This document shows positions 1 to 11,676 of a stretch of 64,000 bases of DNA, piece after piece. Positions within the stretch are counted from its first letter, which is position 1. Each line of letters begins with the position of its first letter. Below the pieces are notes generated by a model. That model was not told the origin of the DNA. It did no database searches and worked only from the letters and a program-made list of their open reading frames with translations. Source of the stretch: Selaginella moellendorffii (lineage: Eukaryota; Plantae; Lycopodiophyta); assembly GCF_000143415.4 (NCBI RefSeq), contig NW_003314308.1, positions 1,220,654 through 1,284,653 on the forward strand, written 5' to 3'. Both the position numbers and the translations under genes were made by a program.

Positions 1-317
1 GTCACTGATGGCATTTTGGATTGTGTTGCTGCTTCTTGCACCAAATTTTGCTGCTGCTACTGCTAGAAATCCCACTAAGGATGCGGTTTCTGCCAGAGGA
101 GCGCCTGGTGCATCTTACCACTTGGAGCACAACGACATAAACGAGCGCGGCAGACATCCCCCACGCCCTTGAATCCAGTATGTGTTACCAAAGTCTTATA
201 AAGATATGGACAAGCTTGCGAAATAGACGATACATAATCTGGCCACAAGTCACCAAAAATAAAAATTGGTTTAAGGTGTGAATGTCTCAAGTCTGTCAGT
301 CTCTCCTCAAAGATCAA
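1..317 (-). CDS. Possible exon(s) of an unidentified gene or pseudogene running off the left edge
   Basis: Minus-strand ORF 75-317 (LKPIFIFGDLWPDYVSS...), with a GTAAG donor near 118 and an AG acceptor near 62 followed by an open frame. No family recognised. Confidence 0.25.
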
Positions 318-369
318 GATCTAGTCAACTGCCAGTCCACAAAGGTCAAAATGTTTGACTAGCCATATA

Positions 370-880
370 AAGCATCAATATAGTCTGGACTGGAGAAAAG
401 AAGATCAACTGGAATGTCTCAGCCCTTACAATTTGGAAGGCTGTGAAGAACTTGCAAGAAAAGCAAGCTCCACTTTTTCCACTACAGGGTGAGATATTTA
501 GCTAGAAATTGTATACTACCAATTTCAAACATTGTAGCTTTCCAAGACAGGATATATGAAAATTGATGCAAAATGGAAAGAACTACCTGAGGAATTTTCA
601 CGAAATTAATTAGAGATTCAATTTTTTTTTTTTTTTTTATGAAGCATCAATAGAGTCTGGACTGGAGAAACGAAGATCAGCCCTTACAATTTGGAAGGCT
701 CCGAAGAACTTGCAAGAAAGCAAGCTCCCCTTTTCCTACTACTGGGTGAGATATTTGGTGAATTTTAGCTAGAAATTGTATACTACCAATTTCAAACATT
801 GTAGCTTTCCGAGACAGGATATATGAAAATTGATGCAAATGGAAATATACTACAATTAGAGATTCAATTTTCTTTTTTCT
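370..880. repeat. Imperfect tandem duplication of a ~250-270 bp unit
   Basis: agcatcaata(t/g)agtctggactggagaaa...ttagagattcaattt occurs at ~370-625 and ~642-880, separated by a poly-T run. Confidence 0.85.
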
Positions 881-2135
881 TTTTCCAAGTTTTTCAACGA
901 AATCTCTAAGAGAACTCAAAAAAGATGTGTACAGCAAACTCGTGAACTTTAGATTTGGCATATAAAATACTTTCTCCTATACACTTGCACTGTACAAATA
1001 CAAAGGGCCTGGCCGTACGCTTCTTGCAAGCTGGCGGTCACAAGCATTGGTTGTGTCATATGGTGGTTGGCGCCTGGCGTCAGCGGCGGAGGGGACAACG
1101 TGGCATCCAGTACGGAGGAGACTCCCGTACGGGGGAATCTCCCCCGGATTCCCTGGGAATCTCCTGTCGCCCCTGCAACACCAGCCTTGTCGTTGCCCCG
1201 CTGAAGCGCAATAAAAACAAGGCGCAGGAAGAAACGAGGAACTTTGCGACACTGACAAACACAGGAAAAAGCAAAGCGACGGTTTGGTGGTGGCAATGGA
1301 AAACAATGCCCAAATTCAATTCAAGCTATAATCAATTGCTGCCAGGAGAAAAACATTATAAAAACAATGGTTTTGATGCAAGGATTACATACATACCTTT
1401 AGTTTTTTCATTCTTCTTCTCAGACTTCTTCTCCTTGGCTTGGCTTGAGAATCAAATCCCTGCCTGCAACAACATTACAATAAAACTAATGGCCCCTGCT
1501 GTGGATCTGATATTGTTGGTGAGAAAAGAAGGGGCGCTTTGAAGCTTTTAGAATGAAGTGAAAAGAGAGGTTCGTTCTTATCTAAAAGCCATACTCCGGC
1601 GGGGCAAAAGGATAGATTTAAGTAGTTCTTTGATGTCGCTAGTTAAGATCCAAGCGTTGTTCCTTGACAATGGATCTGGATTTCCGGATGCAACCTTCTC
1701 CTTTTTCTTTTTGGCCTTCGGCTGTTGATTGTCTCGCCAGAAGCCAGCAAGTAGCGCAGCCAGCGAGCATCAATCAATCAGCTCACTAGAAAGGAAGGAA
1801 TAAAAAAAAAGCCAAGAGAGGAGCAAACCTTTGAGCTTGGCTGCTGCCTACAGCACGACACATTTATAAAGCGACCTTCGTACGCGTGTATTCCGCTTCT
1901 TGCTTTGTTGTTTGCCTTTACTTGCTTGCCTTGGTGCTCGCTCACTCGCTCCCTTCCACTAGAGGAGAGTCCCTGTGAGAGAAGGAGAGCGTAAGTTAGC
2001 AGTCGCAGTGAGTGAGAAACAACAAAAAGGAAAGAGAACTTCTTGCCTAGATTGCATTGTCGGTTTCATTCCTGTGAGAAGCGACCCGGTCTCTCGGCTC
2101 CACTTTTCTCTCATCATCATCACCGTAGCCTCGTC

Positions 2136-3512
2136 ATGGACTTGCGCCTCAACCAACTTTACAACAATTCCAAACGATCTCCGCCACCGCCTTCGTCGTC
2201 TTCACCGCTGCCACTCGACAGTTACGAACACCACGCAGAAGCAGCGGCGGCGTCAGCGGCAGCGGCAGCAGCAGCCAGGTTCTACTCGTCGGACCGTCCC
2301 CCTCCCACATCTCACAGAATGCTGGATCAACACACGGGCAGCACCTTCATTCCAATGGCTGCTGACTACGGCCACTTCTGCGACACCGCTCTGAAACAGG
2401 CAGGAGCTGCAGGTCCGTCATCAGTGATCTCACAAAGCCAAAGGAATTCTCGCAAGAGTTTTACTCACCTGGCTGCCTTTTTCTCGCTTTTGCAGCAGGA
2501 GACTTCCACCACGGCCACTTCCCTTTCACGGCCTCGCAATGGCTGGAGCTGGAGCACCAGGCGCTCATCTTCAAGTACATGCTGGCAAGAGCACCTGTCC
2601 CGGCGGAGCTCATCATTCCCATCCGGAGGGCCTTCTCCCTCTCACCCAACAGTGAGTGTTTTTATAAATTTCCCTGATCTCCCGTCGCCTCTTTGTTCGC
2701 TTTCGTTTCTCCCTGGCCACCGACATTGGCCTATCTTCATCATCGTCTCATCCTGTGGGTCCTTGGAACAGTTCAGTCACATTTTAGAGAGCCGCACCGC
2801 ACTGTGCCGCTACATGTTTTTCTGTTCCCAAGACTTGCGCCACCCACGGGAAAAACAATAATTGCTCATGTCCCTGCCCCTTCTTGTCATGCTTGCAGCC
2901 TTCCAGGTCGGACTTTGTCCGAGCAACCTCATGGACTCGGAGCCGGGCCGGTGTCGACGGACCGACGGCAAGAAATGGAGGTGCGCCAAGCCGGTGGTAG
3001 CAGTCGACCAAAAGTACTGCGAGAGGCACATCCACAGGGGCAGGAACAGGTCCAAGAAATCCAAAGCCACGCTGACGCCGACCGATGCTCAGCCGCCTCA
3101 AAACCCGTCACCACTTCCGGCCCCGGTCCACCAGCACTCGAAAGTTCCCGACTTTGTCGAGCGTCCGACTGATAAGCACAACGAGGACCAAAGGTACTGA
3201 CTGTCACGAACGAGTTCCACTCGAGAGAGTATTCCCTGCCCCTTGACGAACTATTTTGCCAGAGGAAGCTGCGGACCACGGCCCGAGCAGGACACGGATC
3301 ACGGCCACAGTCGTAAAACACCTGAAGCGCTGCTGCGGCATTTCTTCGATGACTGGCCCCGGGCCTCCGAAGGCAGGGAGCAGAATCCATCCCCCCATTT
3401 CGAAGAGGAAGAACCACCTGTTGTTCAGAACACTAGAACCTCGTCCTGCTTCCCCCAACCAAACTGGCACTGGAACATGCCGACGAAGATGTCTATACTG
3501 CCAACTTTGTGA
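2136..3512 (+). CDS. GRF: Growth-regulating factor (QLQ + WRC), 4 exons: 2136-2412, ~2496-2651, 2899-3193, 3263-3512
   Basis: [41 protein letters not shown]...[14 protein letters not shown] and C-terminal LRHFFDDWP motif. GT-AG introns keep the frame. Confidence 0.93.
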
Positions 3513-3665
3513 TGAGCCAGCAGGACCTGGTACCTAGACTAGATCCACATATAATCCACAGGACACGGCACCAAGGCACCAAGGCACCAAGGCAAGCTTG
3601 TCATTCTTTGTCTGCAGAGAATCCTCAACTTTATTAGACAACTTACAGACGTGTTCTTGGAGTAG

Positions 3666-4951
3666 TCAGTCAGGAATGACAACTTCCACGTATCTCTTGC
3701 CATCAATGTAAGGCCTATTTGGATTGTGTTCTTGTAACCACCGAGCGAACCATCTCTGCGTTCTGATCAAGGACTGCACGCAGGTAAGTGGAACATACAA
3801 GCTGAGAATTAGAAAAGGATACAAGCACTTTGAGCGGCTCCGAATAAGGCTTGGCTTTGCACAACGCTGTCAATCCCATTATCAAAGTTCGCTTTAAGGT
3901 CTTGTCGAAGGTGATCCGAGCCTTCGGTGGATCAGGTAGAGGATCCATAACCACTGCACAGGGAAAACACAATTTTATCCATTTTTGAAGCTCTCGCTTC
4001 TCAGAAGTCCAGGCATTTACCATTGGGAAAAATAAACTTGATCTCCTGTCTTGCACGTGCTGCATTAAAGCTACCATGCACTGCATTTCGCAGGATATCC
4101 CTTCCAAAGCGCGCTCGTAAGCTGGAGCAAGAACGGCGAGTATGAGAGAAGTTCATAAATCCAATCAGCAAAACAAACCTCAAAGGCGACTCTTTGCGAG
4201 CTTGCTCTGGATCCGTGGGACCGATCACAACATTCCATGACCTTGCCGCTCGCTCCTTTCCCAAGACGAACCCGTGCACAGGTCCACTGAATTGTTTACT
4301 AAAGGTTCATCAATACAACCACACAAATCGAGAGTGTATTACCTGCTCATGAACCGAGTCAATCTCTGAAACCACGGCTTGCCACGGTGATGGTCATAAA
4401 ATATGCCAGCTCTCACAGAAGTAAACTGCATAAACAACAGAGCCATCAACGAAAACGGTCCAAACAAGAACAACACTCACCTTAATGTAAGCCTCGTGCA
4501 CTATGACAAAACCGTGAGCATGCATTGCGTATCGTATCTCACGATCATGACCAGCTTTGAGAGCATCCGGTTTGATGAGTGCCAACGTCAGCTCGGTGTA
4601 AACAACTTTTGCGTGAGTCGGGGCTTGCTCCTTGAATTTAAGGTCTGTCTTGATGGACTCAGATACCATCTCCGATATAGATTCGTTGACGGCATCCTCG
4701 TGATCCTGATAGTACTCTTTTTCAAACTTTATGGCCTCCGAGACCACGACTGTCGTAGACTCGGCGGCCGCAGCCAGTTGATCCTGCTCGTAGGAGAATG
4801 TTTCTGATACCACACTGTCGACGGCCTTAGTGACGACTGTAGTTTCTTCTCCAGTGAGTCCTCTTTCGACGTCAACTGCCTGGACAACCAAGGAAATCGC
4901 GCTGTCTACAGCCGCAGCACTGTTCACGGAGAGTCGTGGAGATTCCGCCAT
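3666..4951 (-). CDS. NME5: Nucleoside diphosphate kinase homolog 5-like (NDK + Dpy-30 domain; radial-spoke RSP23/NME5 type), multi-exon
   Basis: TLALIKPDA, GPVHGFVL, SLRARFG..RNAVHGS and C-terminal LIMGLTALCKAKP..PLK / WFARWLQEHNPNRP, typical of the NME5 Dpy-30 region. Stop at 3666-3668. Confidence 0.85.
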
Positions 4952-5090
4952 TGTCTTCTCACAGTAAAACTGTCAACCTAACTCAACACTGGAAACACGC
5001 TACGTGGCAACCCCCGACAGTTATTTGGAAACGAAAAGAAAAAAAACAATACCTTTTACAGTAGTAGATACAGAAGAAGAACGACTTTCA

Positions 5091-6443
5091 TCAGACAGTG
5101 CTCTTCGATGATTTAAGGCTCTTGGTTTTCCCAAGCAAGGACATGAACATGTTCTTGCTACGGGAAGGAACTGAGCGGAGATCTTTTGTAGGACGCTCTC
5201 CATCAGTGGACATGAGGGAAGACAATGACTTTGATTCCTCTGCGGGAGATCCCTGCCATAAAAATCAAATTACTCGACCAGTGACTAGTTTGAAAAAGTT
5301 CTTCTTACTTTGTTGGATCGTGGCGTTCCGCCTGATACTACTTGTGGCGACACCGGAAGCGTATCTATTCGTGATGTTAGACAAAAATAAACACAGTAAC
5401 TGGTTCTTACCATGCGCGACGTCACGCCTTGTTCCGTTGCTGCGAAGACGCAGACGGATGAATACAAAAATCAGTGAGTGTTTGGGCCGACTCACCTGTT
5501 TGCCATTGGTTGAGGTGATCCAGCCTTAGAATCCACACCAGCACGACCTGGAGTGCCATAAGTAGAAGCTGGGAAGAAAGAAGCACGCGAATTACGTAAA
5601 GTAACGGGGAGATTTAGAAAAACACACACACATACCGTCTCTCTCAATTTCTTGCACCCGCGGACTTTTACCAGTAGAGACCATTCGAGGGGAATCATTC
5701 TGACTTTCAGGTCCAGTCACGGGTGATTTAGGCAACTCGACATCGCCATTCTCTAGAATGAAAAAAGAAAAGAAAAAACGATCAGCTATCAGCAATGCAC
5801 GACAGTGTTTATAATCATAACCTGCCTGGGAAACTATAATGCTTGTGGTGCCGAGGATATGTTTTGTAGAGGCACTGCTGTTTGAGAGCTTCACGGTCCG
5901 TGTACTCTTGGCAGGTTCGATAGCGCTATGGAGACAGAGAGATCCATAAGTTCTTATTCTTATTCCAGAAACGAGAAAAGTCTACCTGAGCGAGCGATGA
6001 AATCCGGAGATCGGCAGATACGATTTCGGAGTTTTGCTGGTCGAGAAGATCATTGAGCTTGCACGCTACGGTGCCGAGATGATCTACTGCATTGACGAGC
6101 GCTTTCACAGAGTAGTCCTTAAGATTTTCCAAAACGCTGCAAACAAAAATTCCCAATCTCACTACCCCAAGAAGATAAGCAAGATCTTACGCTTGCTTTT
6201 GCTCGCTGTAGAGATACGAGGATTCGCAGTACTCCGCGGCAGAGTGTAATTGTGGTCTCAAATTCTTGAGCTCCTAACCAGCAGTCCAATGCGCGCACAG
6301 ATCGAGCCACAGCGAAAGGAAGAACAAGAAAATACCTGCAAAGCCATGACGAAATGCCGGCTCCGATGCATCGAGACCTCATCGTACGTCAGCGCCGTCT
6401 CTGTGACAGTGGAGATCGTCGGCGAAGGAGACGAAGCCTGCAT
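5091..6443 (-). CDS. ABIL: ABI1-like (Abl interactor-like) SCAR/WAVE complex subunit, multi-exon
   Basis: TYDEVSM..RHFVMALQ / ELKNLRPQLHSAAEYCESSY / VLENLKDYSVKALVNAVDHLGTVACKL and C-terminal PSRSKNMFMSLL are plant ABIL signatures. Confidence 0.9.
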
Positions 6444-6560
6444 TGCGATCGATCGATCGCGATCGAATGAGGAGCCCTAGAGCATAAACATTAGGAAATT
6501 AAACATTAGGGCTCGGGGTTTAGTTGCCTAGTATATTCACCTTAGATTCCTTTAGGTTTT

Positions 6561-7808
6561 ATGGAGCGCGAGTTTGTCATCTCGGCTTCCCAGGAGGAGA
6601 TTCTCAGCGCAATCCCTGGATTTTGCCAGCAAGAAGAAGCTCCTGCTCCAGCGGCTGCCAATGCCGAGGTTCTTTCTCCTCCTCCTCCTGCCCTTGCGGT
6701 AGATCTCCCAGAGAGCAGCTTGGATTCGCAGCCGGTGATTCATCCCGTGGTTTTCAGCTCGCCGCCGGACACACAGCCCTCGCAGGAGATTCGCGAGGGC
6801 GAGGGCAGCGATGGCGATGGAGATGCCGATGGCGAGGGTAACAACGATCGGTTGGAGGTAAATTTCAATACCCAGGGATACATCCAATCGCCGGCTCCTC
6901 CCGCGACGAAGAATGCGGCAAGAGCAGCGGGGACTCCGCCAGACAGCCAGCGCAGCGACCGAAGCTTCAACGGGGCTTTCGAGAGCGATCGATCGCAATC
7001 GCCGTGCAGGCCATTGCACTGGCCGAATCTTCCTGGTGTGGGCTTGACCACGCAATCGCCCAGCATTCGTGGAAGGGATTGCAGTAGCTCCAGCCCGAAA
7101 CAGGATGGAGGAGAGAGTGGCAGTCCAGGATTTGACACTGGTGGAAGGCGGTCGAGCGCTAAAAGGGGAAGAGAAGAAACAACGATCGCGTTGGAAAGCC
7201 TCGATTTTTCTCAGTTCGTCAGTCCAGCGAAGAACAGAGAAGCAGCGGCGACGACACCGCCACCTCGTCCATCCATTGTTGGCGATCGTCATCCAACACC
7301 GCCACCACCTCCAGCCATTGTGGGCGATCGTCACCCAACACCGGTTCCATCTCCGGGGATTGTGACACCGCCTCCAAGCTCGCACGACGTCGAGAAAGTG
7401 CTGTCGAATCCCCGCTCCATCCCCGCTCGGGATCTCATAACCACAGTGGCGTCGAGCTCCGGAGGAAAGAAGGCGAGCACCAGGCTCGCCGAGGCTGACG
7501 AGAACTTCATCAGTCCCAACTCGGAGCTTGTGACTTTGAGGAGGAGGAGGAGGAGATTGCTGAGCAGCAGCTCATCGACACCCCAACCAAGTGATGGCGG
7601 TGGCGATGGTGACCATAACGATCATCACGATCGCGATCATCACACGAGCAGCTCGAAGAAAGCGAGGACTGGAGCTCCAAGGAACGTGGAAGCTGTGATA
7701 ACTTCTTGGATGAGGCCTTGCCGGGAGGTGAAGGACTTTGGAGTCGCGGCGTTCGCGGCAGCACTGCAAAGGATTGGATACAAGCTGCCTGGTTTTGGAA
7801 ATGGCTAG
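6561..7808 (+). CDS. Intronless 415-aa Pro/Ser-rich hypothetical protein (S/T-Q cluster, poly-Arg NLS-like stretch)
   Basis: Long ORF with ATG start divergent from ABIL and an internal IVGDRHPTP duplication. No family recognised. Confidence 0.6.
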   Translation: MEREFVISASQEEILSAIPGFCQQEEAPAPAAANAEVLSPPPPALAVDLPESSLDSQPVIHPVVFSSPPDTQPSQEIREGEGSDGDGDADGEGNNDRLEVNFNTQGYIQSPAPPATKNAARAAGTPPDSQRSDRSFNGAFESDRSQSPCRPLHWPNLPGVGLTTQSPSIRGRDCSSSSPKQDGGESGSPGFDTGGRRSSAKRGREETTIALESLDFSQFVSPAKNREAAATTPPPRPSIVGDRHPTPPPPPAIVGDRHPTPVPSPGIVTPPPSSHDVEKVLSNPRSIPARDLITTVASSSGGKKASTRLAEADENFISPNSELVTLRRRRRRLLSSSSSTPQPSDGGGDGDHNDHHDRDHHTSSSKKARTGAPRNVEAVITSWMRPCREVKDFGVAAFAAALQRIGYKLPGFGNG

Positions 7809-8849
7809 AAAAAAAGCTGGTCCACGCCTTTTGTAAGGGACGGACGCGATTTGCGCACCCTTTTGGAACGGACGGACACGATTTGGCAGGAATTGTATTA
7901 AAGAATGATTTAGGTCATTTATTTCTTACGATGGCGAGCCAGAAGTTTTTGGTGACAATCGCTGCTGTGAGCGCTGCAGTCTTTGGAGCTGAGCAAGAAC
8001 ACAAGTATCATCAACAAATCGGGATGATGGCATCGTTGAAGAGAGGATGGTGTTTAACGGGAGGCGCTCTAGAGCAGGATGAAAACAGATTGGAACAAAG
8101 GGTGCTCGAGTTTTTTCGCTTCATCCCAGGCGCTAGATACTGATCTACTGAATCCTGTAACATTTAGAGAGTAGATAGAACTCTCGTTGTATGTAAGTAC
8201 ACTCCCCGGAACTCAAGAAATACTTTCTGAGTTATTGGGGTTGGATCTCAAGTGACCAGTTAAGCCTGGAATATAATTTCGAAAACGATTGAACGTCCAC
8301 CTGCTTGTTAAAGGTCGTGGTTTCTCTTACATCATTGAGACGAGGATTCCTGTTTGTTGCTACTCACTGCAAAGATACCAAGGACAACTTTAGAGAGGCC
8401 ACCGCTGCAAAGGACGCACTCATTGAGATCGTCGTCTTGTGCAAGTTTTCAGACAATAAGTACGGAAAAACACTGCGGGACCATTTCTAAGCTATACGGG
8501 AAGATTGTGCTGCGCTTGGATTGGCCTCCTAAGACGCGAGAGCTGAGCGCAAAAAGATGAAAAGGATTTGTAGAATGTAGACGAAGACATGCATGTGGTT
8601 GTGGCAGGCCCAAATCAGCTTCTTAAGATGTGCTGGATCACCGCATTCCGACCAGCATCACAATAAGCAATTGCACCTTCCAAAGCTTTTGTTGTCGCTT
8701 TTCCAGAGTGTTGCCACAACAACAATGTGAAACTTGTCGCGCGTCCCAATTTAAGGCTCTCCAGAAAGAAATGGAAGCCAAGGAGCAGCCACACTACTAG
8801 TTCGTTGTTCTCTGCTTGTATGACTTTTGTTTCATCAGCGTTCAATAAC

Positions 8850-10050
8850 TCCAGTCTTTGGGCACTCGCTCGGTGAACTGCCACACCAGTCCTCTGTGAA
8901 GCTCTCCAAGAAGCTGGGAGTGGTTCCAGCGCTGATGATCGACTTGGCACAATGCGCACTAGAGTTTCTCACACTACACATGAAAAGAATGGGAGCGACA
9001 ATGGATGGGAAAGAATTATATATAACAAGAGGAGAAAGGGTCCTAACTCATGACCCTCCAGTGACCATCTAGCCTATGTGAATCTGGAAGGTGGCAAAAC
9101 ATGTGCCACTTGGAGAAAAGCATATCACCTCAAGAATACAATATTGCATTTGCCTTAAATACAAACTCGAAATATTTGTTCTTTGGCAGCAGGGGGCTGA
9201 ATTCTCCTGCTGGTGACCACTGAAATATAGTGACGAAACTGGTCACTCTGGAGCTCTTCACTTCCAAGAACATGGAGGTATTCAAACCTTGACGTGCTGA
9301 GGGGATTCTCCAGGTGTTGAAATCCATCACTTGCGAGGAGGGAAGCGTAGTCAGCATATGGAACCGGCTCGCTGTGCTCAACGTGAATAACATAAATCAG
9401 ATGGCTTTCCACAAGCAGGTGATTGGCCATCCAATGTTTGAGAGGTTCCTGACGGTATTGAAAGAGTCATTGGATCTCGCGGCTGCATTCAATTAGGTTG
9501 TAGAAATGATCAACGAGATATACCGGATGGTTCTCGACGAGCACAAGTTAAAGAGGAAGGAAACCTACAATGCCGGTCCTTCTGATCTTGTTGATATACT
9601 CCCTGCAGAAGGTGTGGACGAGAACATAATCAAAGGAATGGTCATGGTAACTCATCGTTTTCCTGCCTTCAAAACTTCCAGACCAACTCTTTTTGAATTG
9701 AATTCTGTCGCAGGGTATGCTCTTCGCAGGAACTGAAGAGGAGCTCGATAGAGTTGTGGGACGAGACCGCCATGTGCAAGAAGAGGATCTCGTCTACTGG
9801 AATCCGCCAGTGCCGCTGGTGCTGCCACGCGAGTCAACGTGAAAGTTACGAGCATAAAGTCCCAAAAGTTTCACAGTTTATTGCCAATATCTGAACAGTT
9901 CAAGCCCGAGAGGTTCCTCCATTGTCATTGGGGGAGGGACAGACCATGGTGGAGCTCAACCTTACTAGTCTACTCCAGCCTTTCGATTGGAAAACAGTGA
10001 AGGGGATATGGAGGAGGCTCAAGGGCTGACCACCAAGATGAAAGTGCCTA
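8850..10050 (+). pseudogene. Degenerate CYP71-clan P450 pseudogene (paralog of the downstream CYP)
   Basis: Fragments [63 protein letters not shown] with many deletions, stops and frameshifts. Confidence 0.9.
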
Positions 10051-10114
10051 GAACTCGAAGTCCTCTTGATAAACATAAACTAGCATATACCTGATTCTGC
10101 GACAGTTTTTCGTC

Positions 10115-11676
10115 ATGGATTACCAACAAGCCCACATCTTGGCATTCCCTTTCCCAGCGCAGGGCCATATCAATCCTATGATGTTGCTGTGCCGGAAGTT
10201 TGCCTCGATGGGAATCGTCATCACCTTCCTCAACATTCGCAGCCGCCACAACAATCTGGAAGAGGGCGATGATCAGTTCAGGTACGGTTGTGAGAGTTTC
10301 TTTCCTCCCCGCAAGATCTATTTGGAACCCCAGGTTTGTGAGCATCTCGGATGAGTGCCTACCAACGGGAAGGTTGGGAAACAACGTGATGAGGTATCTT
10401 ATGGCTTTGGAAGAAGGAATGAGGGGTGAATTTGAGCAGATAGTGGCGGATCTCACGGCCGACTCTAGTCGCCCTCCATTGACTTGCATCCTCTCCGATG
10501 CTTTCATGAGCTGGACTCACGATGTAGCCAGCAAGTTTGGAATCTGCCGTGCAGCGCTCTGGACGAGCTCTGCAACTTGGGCTCTCTTGTCTCTACGCAT
10601 CCCATTGCTCAGGGATAACGGAGTCCTGCCAGTGAATGGTAGGCCGAGAAATCTTTCGTTTTCTTTGGTTATAGATCCGTATGTATTCCACAGGGATTCG
10701 AAGTAGCAAGATCCTAGACTTTGTACCCGGACTTCCACCAATCCCAGCACGGTTTCTTCCGGAGACGCTGCAGCCCGATGAGAAAGACCCGGACTTCCGG
10801 TTGAGGATTCGAAGGAATAGTGTCATGCAGAAGGACGCGTGGGTGCTGCTCAACTCGGTCTACGAGATGGAGCCATTGCAGCTGGAGGAGCTTGCCAGCA
10901 GCGACAATCTGCACTTCATCGCCGTCGGGCCCTTGCAATGCCTTACGCAACCGTCGAAGGAACATGCTTCTCAGTGGCAGCAGGATCGAAGCTGCCTGGA
11001 ATGGCTGGACAAGCAAGCTCCGGGCTCGGTCGTCTACATCTCGTTTGGAAGCTTGGCCATCCTATCATATGATCAGGTGGAGGAGATACTGACCGGGCTG
11101 AACAAGAGCGGCCATGCATTCTTGTGGGTCATCCGGCTTGACCTTTTCGAAGGCGAGGAGATCCGAGCCAAGTTCCTGGAAAAGATCAGTCTCATAGATC
11201 GAGGTATTGTCATCCCATGGGCTCCTCAACTAGAGGTTCGTTTTATCATTTGATGATTCTCTAGGTGATCAACATTGAAATTAAGAATCCCTCCCCAGGT
11301 ACTACAGCATCGATCCGTGGGAGCGTTTCTCACTCACTCTGGATGGAATTCCGTCATGGAGGCACTTGCAGCTGGTGTTCCACTGCTGTGTAAGCCTTGC
11401 TTTGCCGATCAGATCCTAAACACCGCTCTTGTGGTGGATCACATCAAAGCTGGCCTTCGTGCCACCAAGCCAGACGATGACAAAGAGGTGAGTTCAAGCC
11501 GCATTCACGAGGTGGTGAGTTTTGCCATGGGAGATGACGGGGGTGAGCTCAGAGAAAGAGTTAAACGGTTGGGTCAGACTCTGGCAGAAGCGGCCGAGCA
11601 TGGAGGATCCTCGTTGTTAAACTTGCAAGCTTTCTGCCAGGACATGAAACGTAGACAGGCTGCCAGAGTAGAATGA
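10115..11676 (+). CDS. Family-1 UDP-glycosyltransferase (463 aa; exons 10115-10281, 10334-10638, 10694-11235, 11299-11676)
   Basis: N-terminal HILAFPFPAQGHINPM with catalytic His. PSPG box WAPQLE/VLQHRSVGAFLTHSGWNSVMEALAAGVPLLCKPCFADQ ends in Q (glucosyl type). Confidence 0.95.

Noticed and set aside
955-1542. 195-aa ORF and a small hairpin at ~1118-1170
   Set aside because: Non-ATG start, no domain, and the hairpin is too short for a miRNA precursor.
8305-8760. Short ORFs duplicated at 14511-14945
   Set aside because: Broken by stops and no family recognised. At most an unidentifiable pseudogene.
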